A stretch of 63,659 nucleotides of DNA, filler included, from NCBI GenBank assembly GCA_964501035.1. It is 3 parts of 3 records of this genome, joined end to end, with 100 filler letters (N's around TTAATTAATTAA, not from the genome) between each part and the next. Parts side by side here need not be neighbours in the genome. Positions count along the whole stretch, not along the records: positions 22,633 to 44,981 come from CAZCRK010000020.1; 2 more parts are not named here. One strand, written 5' to 3'. A program made the translations under genes and the position numbers. Every line of letters begins with the position of its first letter. Position 1 is the stretch's first letter. This document shows positions 31,046 to 40,500 of the stretch, piece after piece. Under the pieces are notes generated by a model. The model saw nothing but the letters and a program-made list of their open reading frames with translations. It was not told the origin of the DNA and made no database searches.

Positions 31046-32289
31046 AAAAGATAACGACTATATTTTCTATTCGGTTTTTAGGTGCAATTCTTGGGATTTC
31101 ATTTAGCTTTGTATTAGCGAGAGTATTGGGTGCGTACGAAGTAGGAATATATTTTCAAGCTCTAAATATAGCAATCATAGGAACAATAATTGGTAGAATG
31201 GGTCTTGATAATGTAGTCCTAAAGTTTACAGCAATTTATTCAAAAAACAATGAATGGGATAAAGTCAATGGCGTTTATAAACAGGCAATAAAAATTTGTT
31301 TATTCGTTTCAGTGATTGTTACAATTCTACTTTATTTTTTATCAGGAATAATTGCTGAAAATTTTTACAAAGATGCACATGCAATAATTCCCATCCAATG
31401 GATGGTTGTTTCAATTATTCCATTTAGTTTAATGACACTACACGCAGAGATATTAAAAGGACTTGAAAAAACAAGTTTATCCATAATCGTTCAACATGTT
31501 CTTATACCGTTTACATGCCTTGTTGTGCTCTTATTTTATGGTGAGTTAAGTGATATAAACATTGCAGTTGTTACGTATGTTGTAAGTGTATTCCTTTCGC
31601 TGTTATTATCATTTATTTTTCTAAAATATTCTGTAAAAGAAGATAAAATTACTACAATGAACAGTTCCAAATTATTGGAGATGGGATTACCTCTATTATT
31701 AGTAGCATCAATGGGATTATTCCTTAGTATCACCGACTCAATGATGTTGGCATTTTGGCTAGATAGTAGTACAGTTGGTATATATGGTATTTTGGTAAAA
31801 ATAGTATTTTTGAGCAGTATGCTATTATTTGTTGTGAATAGTATTGTTGCTCCAAAAATTGCTTCTGCATTTTCTCAGAAAGAATATTCGTTGGTTTTTA
31901 AAATACTTAAACAGTCTATAATTTATCTCTCGATGGTTGCGCTACTCATTCTATTCATATTTTTCTTTTTCAATGTGCAAATATTGAGCATTTTTGGGTC
32001 TGAATTTATATCAGGGAAAAATGCGTTGCTAATTCTAGCAGTTGGTCAATTCTTTGTATTGGCTACGGGTCCTGTTGAATATATGTTGGTTATGACTGGG
32101 AACGAAAAACTGTATCGAAATATTGTTATATTTTCAGCAATATTGAACATAATTTTAAATATAGCTTTAATCCCAAAATACCACATGATTGGGGCATCTG
32201 TCGCCACAGCTACATCGTTAATTATCAAAAATGTATTGACAGCAGTGGTCGCCTATTCATTTTTTAGTAAAGTAAAACATGTTTCTTAA
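31042..32289 (+). CDS. Wzx-type (MOP family) oligosaccharide flippase
   Basis: About 12 TM segments; LARVLG, TDSMML...VGIY, LIPKYHMIGASVAT. Confidence 0.88.
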   Translation: MKKITTIFSIRFLGAILGISFSFVLARVLGAYEVGIYFQALNIAIIGTIIGRMGLDNVVLKFTAIYSKNNEWDKVNGVYKQAIKICLFVSVIVTILLYFLSGIIAENFYKDAHAIIPIQWMVVSIIPFSLMTLHAEILKGLEKTSLSIIVQHVLIPFTCLVVLLFYGELSDINIAVVTYVVSVFLSLLLSFIFLKYSVKEDKITTMNSSKLLEMGLPLLLVASMGLFLSITDSMMLAFWLDSSTVGIYGILVKIVFLSSMLLFVVNSIVAPKIASAFSQKEYSLVFKILKQSIIYLSMVALLILFIFFFFNVQILSIFGSEFISGKNALLILAVGQFFVLATGPVEYMLVMTGNEKLYRNIVIFSAILNIILNIALIPKYHMIGASVATATSLIIKNVLTAVVAYSFFSKVKHVS

Positions 32290-32362
32290 TTCAGTCAATT
32301 TATACATAATAGACAGACTATAAATGTTTTTAAATTTAAAATCAAAATTCGGAAATTAATCA

Positions 32363-33094
32363 ATGCAATGGCTACACAATATATTTACACGTAAGAAAAC
32401 TCCAAAGATTTTTACCAGACCAAACAAGCATGCTCCCAAACCCAAAATTGAACTTCTTGATAGAAGTGTGATGATTAAAGGATATCAATCATTTGTCATT
32501 TCTAATGATGCAGTTAAACCATCGAAAGATTGTTATGATCTTGAAGAAAAACTAAAATTACTATCACCATATTATTCTGAAAAAGAAATGAAAGATAGTA
32601 CATTTTTAGATTTGGGATCAGCAGGAGGCTTCTTTAGTTTTTTAGCTCAATTACAGGGGGCAATTGTTGATTCTGTCGATATTGATCTTGATTATGTAAA
32701 ATTGATGGAAGATGCCATGAATCATTTACATATAAAAAATATGAATATTCATACAATGAATGTGTCTGATTGGAATCAACCTCGAGATTATGTGAATGCC
32801 TTATCATTAATTCACTGGGTTTATTCATGCACCTCAATTATGGGCAGTATGGATGAAATGATAAAGTTTTTCGCTTCGATTACAACTAAAAAATTATTTA
32901 TAGAATGGATAGACCCTCAAGATGAAGCAATAAAATATTTTGGTCATTTAAAATATAATAAGTCCTTTAGTGATGATTCTTATAGTAAAGATAAATTTTG
33001 CGAGTTTCTTGATACATATTTTGATAAAGTAACGTTTCTTGGAGAATCAAGAAAAAGCACACGGGAAATATATCTAGCCGAATTTAACCATTGA
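32363..33094 (+). CDS. Class I SAM-dependent methyltransferase (WbdD N-domain-like)
   Basis: FLDLGSAGGFFSF...GAIVDSVDID, ALSLIHWV. Confidence 0.8.
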   Translation: MQWLHNIFTRKKTPKIFTRPNKHAPKPKIELLDRSVMIKGYQSFVISNDAVKPSKDCYDLEEKLKLLSPYYSEKEMKDSTFLDLGSAGGFFSFLAQLQGAIVDSVDIDLDYVKLMEDAMNHLHIKNMNIHTMNVSDWNQPRDYVNALSLIHWVYSCTSIMGSMDEMIKFFASITTKKLFIEWIDPQDEAIKYFGHLKYNKSFSDDSYSKDKFCEFLDTYFDKVTFLGESRKSTREIYLAEFNH

Positions 33095-33846
33095 TTAGAA
33101 TTGTCTTTCATATTAAAAATGCAATTTATTCTATATGTTGGTACTTATGGAATATTGCTCATTTAGAAGCATTTTTTGAATCAAAAGGAATAATGAATGT
33201 GAGAATTTGTTTGTTCCATTTGTGGAAACCAAATGCTCAATATTTTTCTGGAAATTTAATATCATCAAACCAAAAAGTATTTGTCAAGTTTGGTGAAAAA
33301 AAACTAATCCAACGTGAAAACGATGCAATTCAATATCTGGCACATAAATTAAGCTCAAAAACTTGGTTACCAACAATTTGTGACTCAGATATAAACGGAA
33401 ACTTCCCCAGTTTGATTTTTGATTACATTGATGGGAAATCTTTAAATTCATTTATGAGCACCAAAATTTCAAGTCAACTATCTGAAACATTACCACATAT
33501 TTTACATGAAATAGTACAAAGTTTGGGTTCTATTCATGTTGTTCATCGAGATATTAGACCACATAATATAATGGTTGACCCCCAAAATGAAATATATCTC
33601 ATTGACTATGCTTTTTTAATCGATGTGTCACAAAATGAATCAGCATTGCAAGAATTTCCTAAAACCACCGAATATTTAGAAAAATTACAATATTTAGGAA
33701 ATGGATACAATCCAAAATCAGGAGAATGGGATGATGCATTTTCAGCACATAAAATTTTGTTTGAATGCCAAGTGAAGTCACCATTTGTCAAAGAAATAGG
33801 TGAAAAAATCGGTAAATTATCAGTTCAAATAAGTGGAGAAAATTAG
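33091..33846 (+). CDS. Protein-kinase-like (Kdo/RIO/WbdD-type) kinase
   Basis: VFVK, RE, VVHRDIRPHNIMVD, LIDY. Confidence 0.8.
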   Translation: MIRIVFHIKNAIYSICWYLWNIAHLEAFFESKGIMNVRICLFHLWKPNAQYFSGNLISSNQKVFVKFGEKKLIQRENDAIQYLAHKLSSKTWLPTICDSDINGNFPSLIFDYIDGKSLNSFMSTKISSQLSETLPHILHEIVQSLGSIHVVHRDIRPHNIMVDPQNEIYLIDYAFLIDVSQNESALQEFPKTTEYLEKLQYLGNGYNPKSGEWDDAFSAHKILFECQVKSPFVKEIGEKIGKLSVQISGEN

Positions 33847-36221
33847 TGGGATTGTTTAAAAAATACGAATCTATTTGGGTAATGGTATTGTTTGGAATAT
33901 TAATTACATTTCTATTTAACAAAGTTGTATTTGATGACTATTCATTTCAAGGTGGTGATTCACTATCTCCAAAAGCAATTCAACAAGGAATTGAGTTAGC
34001 AGAAGAAAAATACAATGAATATCCAACATGGCTTCCATGGGTCTTTAGTGGGTTACCTTCGGTTCATTCATTTCAAAATGTATCCAATTTTTATATTCCA
34101 AACGTAATCACATCATTTTTGAAAAATATAGGTATGCCTCGAGTCTGGGACTTTCTATTTCACTTTATATTTGCAGGGATGGGAGTTTTTGTTCTTCTCA
34201 AGCATCTAAAAACCAATACAATATCTGCAATTATGGGTGGTGTTGTTTTTATGATAATGCCTTATTTAGTTACAATGTATGTGCATGGTCACGGAAGCCA
34301 ATTGATGACTTCTGCGTACATCCCTTGGATAATTTGGGCTGTTCTAAGATTGAAAAAAATGCCAAATATTTTGAATATGGGTTTACTCACTATGTTTGTT
34401 GGGTTTCAACTACAACGTGCACACGTTCAAATTGCGTATTATACTTGGTTGATGCTTGGACTGTTTATTCTTCTTGAGATTATTTCATATTTCAAAAATA
34501 AAGATGAGAATATTAAATATTTAAAATATTTTCTGCCCGCTTTGATTCTAGGAATTGCAATGGCAATGTGGCTTTATTATCCCGTTATGCAATACACTCC
34601 ACATTCAATTCGAGGTGCAACTGGTGGTGGAACTGGTTTTGAATATGCTACGGCTTGGTCATTTAGTCCGAGAGAAATGATGACTTGGCTCATTCCATCT
34701 TATGTTGGATTTGGAGGAGCAACTTACTGGGGTAATATGCCATTTACAGATTACCCAAATTATATGGGAATTTTAGCCCTAGTTTTTGCTGGTCTGGGAA
34801 TCTTAAATACCAAAGGGAAATTTCGAAATTGGTTAATTGCATCCATACTTTGTGCACTGATACTTTCTTTTGGGCATCATTTTAAATTACTGTATTCGAT
34901 TTTCTATAATTTCTTTCCCTATTTTGATAAATTTCGAGTGCCTGTAATGTTTTTAGTATTGGTTCAATTTGGTGTAGCAATTTTTGCAGGGCTTGGGTTA
35001 AACTATTTTCTTAACAATGAGCTAGGTCGAGAAAAACTGAAAAAATTTGGTATTGCAATGGGCGGTACATTGGGACTTATTTGGGTAATTAAATTATTTT
35101 TCACTTCTAATTTAGATTTTGGAAAACGTTCACATCAAGTTCTTGATCCATTACGAATAGATATGATTCATTCTGATATAGTAGTCGGTTCCATATTTAT
35201 CATTTTAGCAATACTTATTGGGGTTGCCTACCATAAAAAATGGTTATCTTCATCATTTTCAGGGGTGCTATTGGTTGGACTTGTCATATTTGATTTATGG
35301 CTTGTTGACCAAAAAATTATAAGCCCTGCGAAAGACACATATCGACAAGGAACCCTAAAACATAATAAATTTGTGAACGCATATTTATCTGAAGATAGTA
35401 TAATTAAATTTCTACAAAGTGATTCGGATAAATTTCGAATTTTGCCACTTGGAGCGTTCGCAAATGATAACAGATGGTCTGCATTTCACATTGAAAGTGT
35501 AACCGGATACCACCCTGCAAAAATTTCACATATCAATACGTTACTGGAAGATGTGGGATGGAATAATTTGGGTGTATTACAGATGATGAATGTAAAATAT
35601 TTGGTTTCACCCGAGAAAATAGAACACCCAGTATTTGAATTAGTGCATACTGGTTCATTGTATTTTCAAGATTCCTATATTGAAACGTATGTGTATAGTT
35701 TTAAAGAATTTTTACCAAGAGCATTTTTTGTAGAATCATTATCAGAAACTGATAATAATAAGGGTGTGAATAAGCTTCAACATCCACAATTTAACCCATT
35801 AAAAGATTCGTTTATTTATACCAAATTGAATTTTCCTTTTACTCATTCACCGTCGTCTTCTGTTGCAGTAGAAAAATGGACACCCAATAAAATTACTTTG
35901 AATATTGATGCAAAATCTGATGAATTTCTTGTACTCAGCGAGGTGTTTTACCCCGAGGGATGGAAAATACAAGATCACCCTGAAATGAAAATCGTCAGAA
36001 CCAATCACGTGTTAAGAGGAATACATATTCCTCAAGGAATTCATAATCTTACAATAGTATTTAACCCCTCAGATTTACGAATTGGGCAGTGGATATCTTG
36101 GATAAGTATTATTATTACATTTGGATTCATAGCTTTTGGAGTATTACCTCAAAAATATAAACAATCTTTACTTTCAACATCCAACCTTCTACTTTTTACT
36201 TTTAACTTTAAACTCTTTTAG
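33846..36221 (+). CDS. YfhO-family GT-C membrane glycosyltransferase
   Basis: PTWLPWVFSGLP, many TMs, YWGNMPFTDYPNYMG, FDKFRVP, GYHPAK, LSEVFYPEGW. Confidence 0.85.
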   Translation: MGLFKKYESIWVMVLFGILITFLFNKVVFDDYSFQGGDSLSPKAIQQGIELAEEKYNEYPTWLPWVFSGLPSVHSFQNVSNFYIPNVITSFLKNIGMPRVWDFLFHFIFAGMGVFVLLKHLKTNTISAIMGGVVFMIMPYLVTMYVHGHGSQLMTSAYIPWIIWAVLRLKKMPNILNMGLLTMFVGFQLQRAHVQIAYYTWLMLGLFILLEIISYFKNKDENIKYLKYFLPALILGIAMAMWLYYPVMQYTPHSIRGATGGGTGFEYATAWSFSPREMMTWLIPSYVGFGGATYWGNMPFTDYPNYMGILALVFAGLGILNTKGKFRNWLIASILCALILSFGHHFKLLYSIFYNFFPYFDKFRVPVMFLVLVQFGVAIFAGLGLNYFLNNELGREKLKKFGIAMGGTLGLIWVIKLFFTSNLDFGKRSHQVLDPLRIDMIHSDIVVGSIFIILAILIGVAYHKKWLSSSFSGVLLVGLVIFDLWLVDQKIISPAKDTYRQGTLKHNKFVNAYLSEDSIIKFLQSDSDKFRILPLGAFANDNRWSAFHIESVTGYHPAKISHINTLLEDVGWNNLGVLQMMNVKYLVSPEKIEHPVFELVHTGSLYFQDSYIETYVYSFKEFLPRAFFVESLSETDNNKGVNKLQHPQFNPLKDSFIYTKLNFPFTHSPSSSVAVEKWTPNKITLNIDAKSDEFLVLSEVFYPEGWKIQDHPEMKIVRTNHVLRGIHIPQGIHNLTIVFNPSDLRIGQWISWISIIITFGFIAFGVLPQKYKQSLLSTSNLLLFTFNFKLF
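36171..36219 (+). repeat. Degenerate heptamer tandem array (7 units)
   Basis: CTTTCAA CATCCAA CCTTCTA CTTTTTA CTTTTAA CTTTAAA CTCTTTT. Confidence 0.55.
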
Positions 36222-36222
36222 T

Positions 36223-37377
36223 ATGCAAAGTTTTAAACGACAAGCAAATATCAAACTGGGTTTATTCATTTTTGCATTGATAATTGCATCTTCTGTTTTT
36301 TTAGTAAATAGGATTATTGTTGGACAAATACGTGAGGATGCAAAAAAGCAAGTAGAACATTTAGCAAAAGCATATACAGAAGCAATCAATACTGCAGATG
36401 AAAATGATATTCATTTTGTGATGGATATGATTTTACCCTCGCTAAATTTTCCATTGGTTATTACCTTTAGTAACGAAATTTATGCAACCATGAATTTAAA
36501 TACAATCCATGCTGAAAACACTCCAGAATATAAATTTGAAATCAAGCAAATAATACAACGAATGGATGAATCTTTTACTCCATTAGGTTTAACTTGGAAC
36601 GACCAAGAAATTGGATATATCCATTATGGAGATTCTGCAATTGTAAATAAAATGCAGTGGTTACCATTTTTAGAAGTTGGATTAGCATTATTATTTTTGT
36701 TCTTAGTGTTATGGGGTATCCAATTGATACGTAATAGTGAGAAAAATTCCATTTTTGCGGGGATGGCAAGAGAAACGGCTCACCAATTAGGGACACCCAT
36801 ATCATCACTTATGGGGTGGGTAAATTTTTTGGAAGATGAAGAACATTCTCGAAAAGAAATAGCACAATCAATGAATGAAGATGTGTTACGGTTATCTGAG
36901 ATTTCTGATAGATTTTCAAAAATAGGGTCTAATCCACAGTTAAAAAACATAGCTTTGAAAACAGTCCTCTCAGAACTAACATCCTACTTAAAACATAGAT
37001 TACCCAAACGTTCAGAAATTAAGTTATTATTTAGCGCCGCAACCTCACCCAAAATTGAAGGAGATAAAGTACTGTTAACATGGGCATTTGAAAATATTAT
37101 ACGAAATGCGATTGATGCAATTGAAGCAGGAAAAGGAACTGTGAATGTAAATTTGTTTGAATCAGACGGTAAAACTAAAATTGATTTTATTGATTCGGGG
37201 AAAGGCATTAACAAAAAAAATTGGAAAAATATTTTTAAACCAGGTTTTAGCACTAAAAAACGGGGATGGGGTTTAGGCCTAAGTTTAACCCATCGAATAA
37301 TATCTGAAATTCATTCAGGGAATATTCGTGTAGTAACCTCTAAAAAAGGGGAAACGGTTATTCGGGTGACGTTTTAG
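36223..37377 (+). CDS. Membrane sensor histidine kinase (no response regulator adjacent)
   Basis: Two TMs, ETAHQLGTPISSL H-box, ENIIRNAIDA, DSGKGI, FKPGFSTKKRGWGLGLS. Confidence 0.93.
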   Translation: MQSFKRQANIKLGLFIFALIIASSVFLVNRIIVGQIREDAKKQVEHLAKAYTEAINTADENDIHFVMDMILPSLNFPLVITFSNEIYATMNLNTIHAENTPEYKFEIKQIIQRMDESFTPLGLTWNDQEIGYIHYGDSAIVNKMQWLPFLEVGLALLFLFLVLWGIQLIRNSEKNSIFAGMARETAHQLGTPISSLMGWVNFLEDEEHSRKEIAQSMNEDVLRLSEISDRFSKIGSNPQLKNIALKTVLSELTSYLKHRLPKRSEIKLLFSAATSPKIEGDKVLLTWAFENIIRNAIDAIEAGKGTVNVNLFESDGKTKIDFIDSGKGINKKNWKNIFKPGFSTKKRGWGLGLSLTHRIISEIHSGNIRVVTSKKGETVIRVTF

Positions 37378-37399
37378 AAATTTGTTAAAAGAAAATACT

Positions 37400-37441
37400 C
37401 CTTTCCCCCTTCAAACTTCACCTTTCACCCTTCAAACTTCT
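37400..37441 (+). repeat. 21-bp tandem repeat built from TTCnnnn heptamers
   Basis: CCTTTCCCCCTTCAAACTTCA / CCTTTCACCCTTCAAACTTCT, 19 of 21 identical. Confidence 0.7.
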
Positions 37442-37534
37442 AATCTTCTTCTTTACAAACTGTAACAATTCAACATATTATTTTTACCCAAGTTTTACTA
37501 TAGATTATCGTTGTTAAATGAACGGAGATGAACC

Positions 37535-40500
37535 ATGTTAAGAACGATAGTATGTATGTTAACTTTACCTTTAACTTTCTTATTTGCAGAAATAAACGAA
37601 AATTTTAGTTTAAATTCTAATAGAAATGACGCAATTTCCATAGAATTTAATTTGGATGAAATTGAGCTCATTCAAACCAACGGATTCACAAAAATAAAGT
37701 CAAGTACAATGGGCGAAACCTCAATCATCGGTTTCCCAAAACTTCCAGAATATTCTACAATGGTTTTACTTCAACCCGATAGAGAATATGAAATTTCTTA
37801 TACTGTGCTAGAATCATCAACCATTGAAAATATTGATATTATTCCAAATCAACCTATCGAAAATGGATTGGAAAAGCTAACGATTGACGAAATGGATGAA
37901 GATTTGTACTATTCAAAGCGTGCATATCCATTTGAAAATGTGATAATGACTGATCCAATGGTGATGCGGGATGTGGTGGTTTCCAATATTAGTATTGTCC
38001 CATTTTCATTTAAACCTCAGTCACGAGAGTTAGAAGTGTACCACTCACTTGAATTGACCATTACTGATATTGGTCCTAAAGAAGATATTCGACGACGAGA
38101 GATGCCAAAGTCAAAAGTATTTGAAGATATCTATAAAAATACTATCATAAATTATGAAACGAACACATCTCGTGATGCATATCAACAACCTGCAATATTA
38201 TATATTTGCTCCAGCAACTTAGAGAACAATCAAATTTTTCAGCAGTTAGTTGAGTGGAGACGGCAACGAGGGTATGTTGTTTATACAGCATCGACTTCAG
38301 AAACTGGTAGCTCCACAACATCTATCAAAAATTATATTGAAAATGCCTACGACAATTTTAATCCACCACCTGAATATGTGGCGTTATTGGGTGATGTTGG
38401 TGGGACATATAGTATCCCAACCTATTATGAAGATTATGGCCATGATAGTTATGGAAGTGATTGCGAAGGAGACCACTTGTATTCATTACTCGACGGACCA
38501 GATTTGCTCTCGGAAGTACTCATGGGTAGAATGTCCATACGAAGTAGTAGTGAACTATCCACGGTTATCTATAAAATTTTGTATTATGAACAAGCAACTT
38601 ATTTAGATTCGTATCCAGATTATTACAAAAATGCATCGATGGCTGGTGACCCATCTACCTCAGGGAATTCGTGTGCGATTACCAAAGAATCAATAAAAGA
38701 ATTGTTAGATGAACATGGTTTCAATGATGTGGATATTAAAACATCGGGTAATGGGTGGTCATCGTGGATGCAGAATGAACTCAGTGATGGTACCTTGTAT
38801 TTTAATTATCGCGGATATTTGGGAATGAGTGGATTTAGTTCAAGTAATGTTGATAATGCAAGTAGTGGGTGGAAATTGCCATTTGCAACTATTTTAACCT
38901 GTGGAACCGGTTCATTTGCTGAAGACCAAACTTCCATGACTGAGAAATTTTTCAGAGCGGGTTCAGTTACAAATCCCAAAGGTGGTGTAGGAGCTATTGG
39001 AACGGCAACATGGAATACACATACCCTATTTAATAACATTGTTGATTTGGGGATTTATGATGGAATTTTTGCGGATAGGGTAGGTACAGCTGGGGCGTCA
39101 TTGGCTAGTGGTAAACTGGCATTGTATAATACATATCCTGGAAATCCATACAATTGGATTAGTGCATTTACACTTTGGAACAATTTAATAGGTGACCCTG
39201 CAACACATTTATGGACTGATACTCCACAAGAATTTATGGTGAGCCATCCAACTGAGTTGCATTTTGGCACGAATTATTTAGAAGTTACTGTGCAAGATGA
39301 AAACGGAAATCCCGTTGAAAATGCGTTAGTATCCATGTTAAAAGAGCATTCAGTTATTGCTGAAAATGGTTCTACAGATGCAATGGGAATTGCCTTGTTT
39401 GGATTGGATAATGACGAAACAAACGATATAACTATTACCGTTACAAAGCCAGATTTTAAACCTTATCAATATACTCTGTCTATTGTTCAAGAAAATCTAA
39501 ATGTGAATCTAGATAGTAATCAAAATATTATTATTAATGATGGAAATGATGGCATAGCACAAAGTGGTGAGTATATTGAGCTATCCATTCCTCTTATCAA
39601 TTTAGGAATAGAAACTGTTAACGGAATATCTGCAACACTTTCAGGAAACTCTGATTTTGTAAATATTGAAAATACAACTGTTAATTATGGATCACTCGCT
39701 GCAAATACTTCAAGCTTTGGACAAAACGAGTTTTCGTTGACTATTTCACCAATGGCTGAACAATATGACAACCTAGATTTAGTTCTATCTATTGAAGATG
39801 ACTCAGGAAATACTTGGTCATCACTTGTTCCTGTAGATGTATCAGGAATTTTATTGTCTGCAGTTAGCTTTGGTTATTTTGAACCCGGACAAAATGCAAA
39901 TGTAGATATAACATTGCAAAATTCAGGGCTGATGGATGCAGTTGGAGTAACAGGTACGCTTGGATTCAATGGGAGTCAGATTGAGATAAATGATAGTAAT
40001 GGTGCGTGGGGAGATATTGAAAGTGGTTCATCTTCAAATTCAATCAATGGATTTAATGTAACATTTAGTGAGAGCATTGTGTATGGTAGTCAATTCACAT
40101 TGATTTTAACCCTACAAACAGCCGATGGTTTTAGTAAAACTATTCCATACAATATCACGGTGGGTCATGTTCGTGAAACCGACCCCTTGGGACCAGATCA
40201 ATATGGTTATTATATCTATGACTCTGGCGATGTGGACTATGAACTTGCTCCGGAGTACAATTGGGAAGATATTAGCTCTATTGGAACCAATTTAAATCTT
40301 TCGAATAGTGGAAATGGAAACTGGAGCGGAAACGGTCCTATTGCACATGTTGACTTACCGTTTACATTCACGTTTTATGGTGTGGATTACAATGAAATTT
40401 CAGTTTGCACCAATGGCTGGGTGTCACCCGGATATTCTTCTGCAGAATCTTTCAGAAACTATCCAATTCCTGGTGCGGGTGGACCTACCCCAATGATTGC

